Assembly (NCBI RefSeq): GCF_009914755.1
Contig: NC_060925.1
Direction: 5' to 3' (one strand)
Source: the human T2T-CHM13v2.0 reference genome, Homo sapiens
DNA length: 64,000 nucleotides
Below, piece by piece: positions 60,280-64,000 of this stretch. How positions within the stretch are numbered: position 1 is the first letter of the stretch; each line of letters begins with the position of its first letter. A program made the translations under genes and the position numbers. The notes beneath the pieces were generated by a model, which was not told the DNA's origin, did no database searches, and saw only the letters and a program-made list of their open reading frames with translations.

Positions 60280-62025
60280 TATACAAAGAATATCCGTTTG
60301 AGTCTCTGCTTTCAATTCTTTTTTGTATACACCGATGAGTGGAATCGCTGGATCATATGGCAGTCCTACGTTTAATTCTTTTGAGTAAACTCCACACTGT
60401 TTTTCAGAGCAACTTTATCATTTTTATTTATTATTTTGCCTCTACATTCATGACTTATTAATATTTATTAACAATTTTTCTTTCTTCTGAAGTCCTTTTT
60501 TGGTTTTGGTAAAAGAATAATGTTTTATAAAAATGAGTTAGGCAGTATTCCTTGTTTTTCAGATGTCTGAAAGTGATTGTATATAAATGTGCGTTCTCCA
60601 GTTATTCAATGAAGTATTGTATATATGCTTATTCTATCAAGCTTGCTATAATGTTAAAAAAGTCTCCTGATACACAATGAGTTTCTCTGTGCTCGACCCA
60701 ACAATAACTGGGATTACTAAATCAAAATCTTCATCTTGGTTGCGGGTTTATTCATTTTTCTTCTTATTCTGTCAATGTTGCTTCCTAAGTCTGAAAGTCA
60801 TGTTACTAACTGTATACCGAAGAATGGTTAGAGCTTTCTGATGAACTAAGCCTTCTCTTAGTACGTGATTATGGTTTATATGGACAATGCTTTTGCCTTT
60901 CAGTCTATTTTTACAGACACTGATACAGTCATGTTAAGTAGAATGCACATGGAATAAAATGAACTAATATTTTTACTTTTAGACTTTCTAGGTCTTTATG
61001 TTTTAACTATAGCTTTTGTAAACAACACATAACATTTTTGTGTATTTAAATTGTCAAACTTTTCCCGTGTTTTTCTCTCTCTTTTTTTTTTTTTTTGCCT
61101 GTGTAATCACTTTTTTCTCTCTTTTCAGCTTAGTCTTTACTATTTTGAAAATTGTACACTATATATCTAATCTTTAGTGGATACTGTAGACAGTTGAAGA
61201 AAACAACTGGAGAACTTCGAAAGAGCTAGGGCCACCTTCGCTTATGTGAGGCATGCGTCATATTCTCTAGGAATTTTATTCTATCTTTATCTTTCAACCC
61301 CATGAATATCAAGTGTTTTTTATTGCCTTATGGAGAATATTTGAGTAGATTTAGATGCAAATACATTTTATCATTTTTTTCACCTTACATTTTCCTTTTA
61401 GAATCATTTTTCTTCTTTCTGAAGTTCACTCTTTAGAATTTTTTGAAGATAGTGTAGATAATAAAATATTCAAGTTTTACTTGTTTAATATTGCCATCAT
61501 TTTGTCCTTGTTTTTGAGAGGTAATGTTGCCAGATGTCATTCTAGCTGAATCTGTATGCTTTCTCTCAAATTTTGAATCACTTATTTTAATGTCCTTTGC
61601 TTCCATTATTGCTCTGTCAAGTAATCATTTATTTGTTGAAAAAAAACTGTCTTTTATTTTTAAGTGATTTTAAAGTCTTCCATTTATGTTCAGCGTGTTT
61701 CAGTTTTATTTCTTTTAAAGTACTATACCTTTGTTATTCATTAGCCTTCCTCCAATTATTTGGAGGATTGATTTTTTTAATCAATTCTAGAAATATATTT
61801 TTGACTATTACTTCTGTTTCCCAATACCTGCTTCTAGATTTCTGATTAAATAACTTTTCATCATTATTACCTTATACTATATATGTATACAATCTCCTTT
61901 ATATTATTTACATATTTTTATATTAATATCATTATATATTTTATTTTTCTCTCTGTGCTGAATTCTTATTTCTTCAGATACATTTCCCAAGTTGTCAATT
62001 TTTTCTTGAGCTACATCTATTCTGA

Positions 62026-62359
<334 letters not shown>

Positions 62360-63500
62360 TACTTCAATTAATTTTTTAATTTCAATTATTATTTTAGCTC
62401 TGAAAGTTCATACTAGTAGTTTCACAAATTTGCTTCATCAGTTTTGATAAGCTTTCATTTTTCTCATGTTTTCAACTCTGTTCTTTATGTATTTAGATAT
62501 GTTAAAAATAACATTTTATATTTTCTTCAATAATTCTAACATGTGCAAGCCTTTCAAGAATGATTTTGCTGATTTTTTTTTTTCTGTTGACTCACTTGCA
62601 TTGTATTTTGTTTCCTAATGTTTTCAGTGATTTTTTACTTTGGACTTACTTTTCTTTGACTTTATTCTTTGACTTACTTTTTCTTGGACTTTTGAAAAAT
62701 CTTTGAGGCCTTCCTATGCTTGAATTGCAATGCACCAGAGATGACTTGTGTTTGTTTTAGTCAGATGCCTAGCAGCACTAGAAATTCTGAACATATCTCA
62801 TGAAAATCTCAAATTCAGTTCAGGGTCCCAATAGGTAGTGTAAACAATGGCCCTGGTCCTCTAACTTCCTAAGGCTTTTTCTAAGTCAGATTTTTCCTCC
62901 TGTAAAGCCATGGCTGGAAAAGGAAAATTATTTTCTGTAGCATGCTTTTTAGTTCCCTTGCTTGCCTTTATTTTTATTTATTCATTTTTTAATTTTTAAC
63001 AAACTCAAATAGGAAGGAGGTACGATCCTTTGCTGTCTCAGTGTTACACCAGGGATCTCTAATTTGAGCTTCCACCTTGTTTAAGTCAGGTGGTTTATCT
63101 CCTCTCTCACACTTAAGCAACCCTTAACACTCAGGTACCAGAACACTCTGGATTTCCAAATGCACTCAGGATATTCGCTGGGCAGATCCTAACCTCTGTA
63201 GTGTTGTCTTGTACTGTATTCTTTACCTCTGATTCCTTCTCTTATTTTAAATTTAGCTCAACCATGGATTTTAAGACATTTTTAAATAAATATTTTTTCT
63301 AATGTTTTAAATATTAGTAGATGTTTCCTTAAATGTTGCCTATATACCCAGAAGCTAAACTTCAAGCTAACTCTGTTAGCCACACTGCACACTATATTTC
63401 TTGAATAGATGAAATACTTGTTGTGTGATTCAGTACGTTGTCAGTCATAAGATGGGGATATTTAGGGAGGCATCAAAAAAAGTCTAACTTACAGAAACCA

Positions 63501-63831
63501 TGTTAAAGGAGTCAACAATCAAAAAAGAACATAGAAAAGCATTCCAACCTCTGGGCTCCATAAATTCTCAGCTGGACAAATAACCCAGCTACACTGAAAC
63601 TTTTCCCTTCATCATTCAGTCACATTGACTCTCCTAGTAACTCCTGATCACACCTTGTCCAAGTCTTGTTATGAATTTCTGCCAATCCAAAATTCTAAAA
63701 TACTTCTACTTTTCGCCTGTAGCACTTTTGCTCATCCATAAAAAAATCTGCTCTTAAATCAGATTTTCTTCGAAGTTTGCTTATATTCTTCTAACAAACG
63801 AGTTTGTTGCTACAACCTCTGGGCTTCAACA
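63501..63831. mobile_element. Possible old LTR relic
   Basis: TGTT...AACA bounded block with LTR-like composition; no TSD seen. Confidence 0.3.
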
Positions 63832-64000
63832 TGATTACTTTTACATATTTATTAAAGCATTTATTTTCCATTAAATTATAAGTAATTTTGTCAATTGGGA
63901 AATTTTCATTGGGATTGATTGGAGTCATGTTTGGTATCTTCGTTACAGGTGTCATATTCTTATCTCTTTCTTTTGTGCCTTAGAATTTTTTATATTATGT

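Overview
AT-rich, CpG-depleted primate (very likely human) genomic DNA, intronic or intergenic. I recognise no protein-coding gene, RNA gene or prokaryotic system. Roughly half or more of the window is interspersed repeat: 13 Alus, several old L1 relics, MaLR and ERV1 LTRs, L2/MIR relics, a minus-strand MER4-group proviral remnant (Lys-tRNA-like PBS, integrase C-terminal motif), a full-length decayed HSMAR2 mariner and a near full-length Tigger1. The ORFs I could assign come from repeats; the rest look like chance ORFs. The most notable points are structural: deep transposon nesting, two inverted Alu pairs, a trimeric Alu with a (GAAA)n expansion, a mosaic Sx/Y Alu, an Alu micro-inversion, a duplicated 39-bp acceptor-TTTT-donor cassette, and a few candidate unannotated exons. 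I found no well-supported novel biological system. Repeat family names are from memory of consensus sequences, not a database search, and the boundaries of old elements are approximate.
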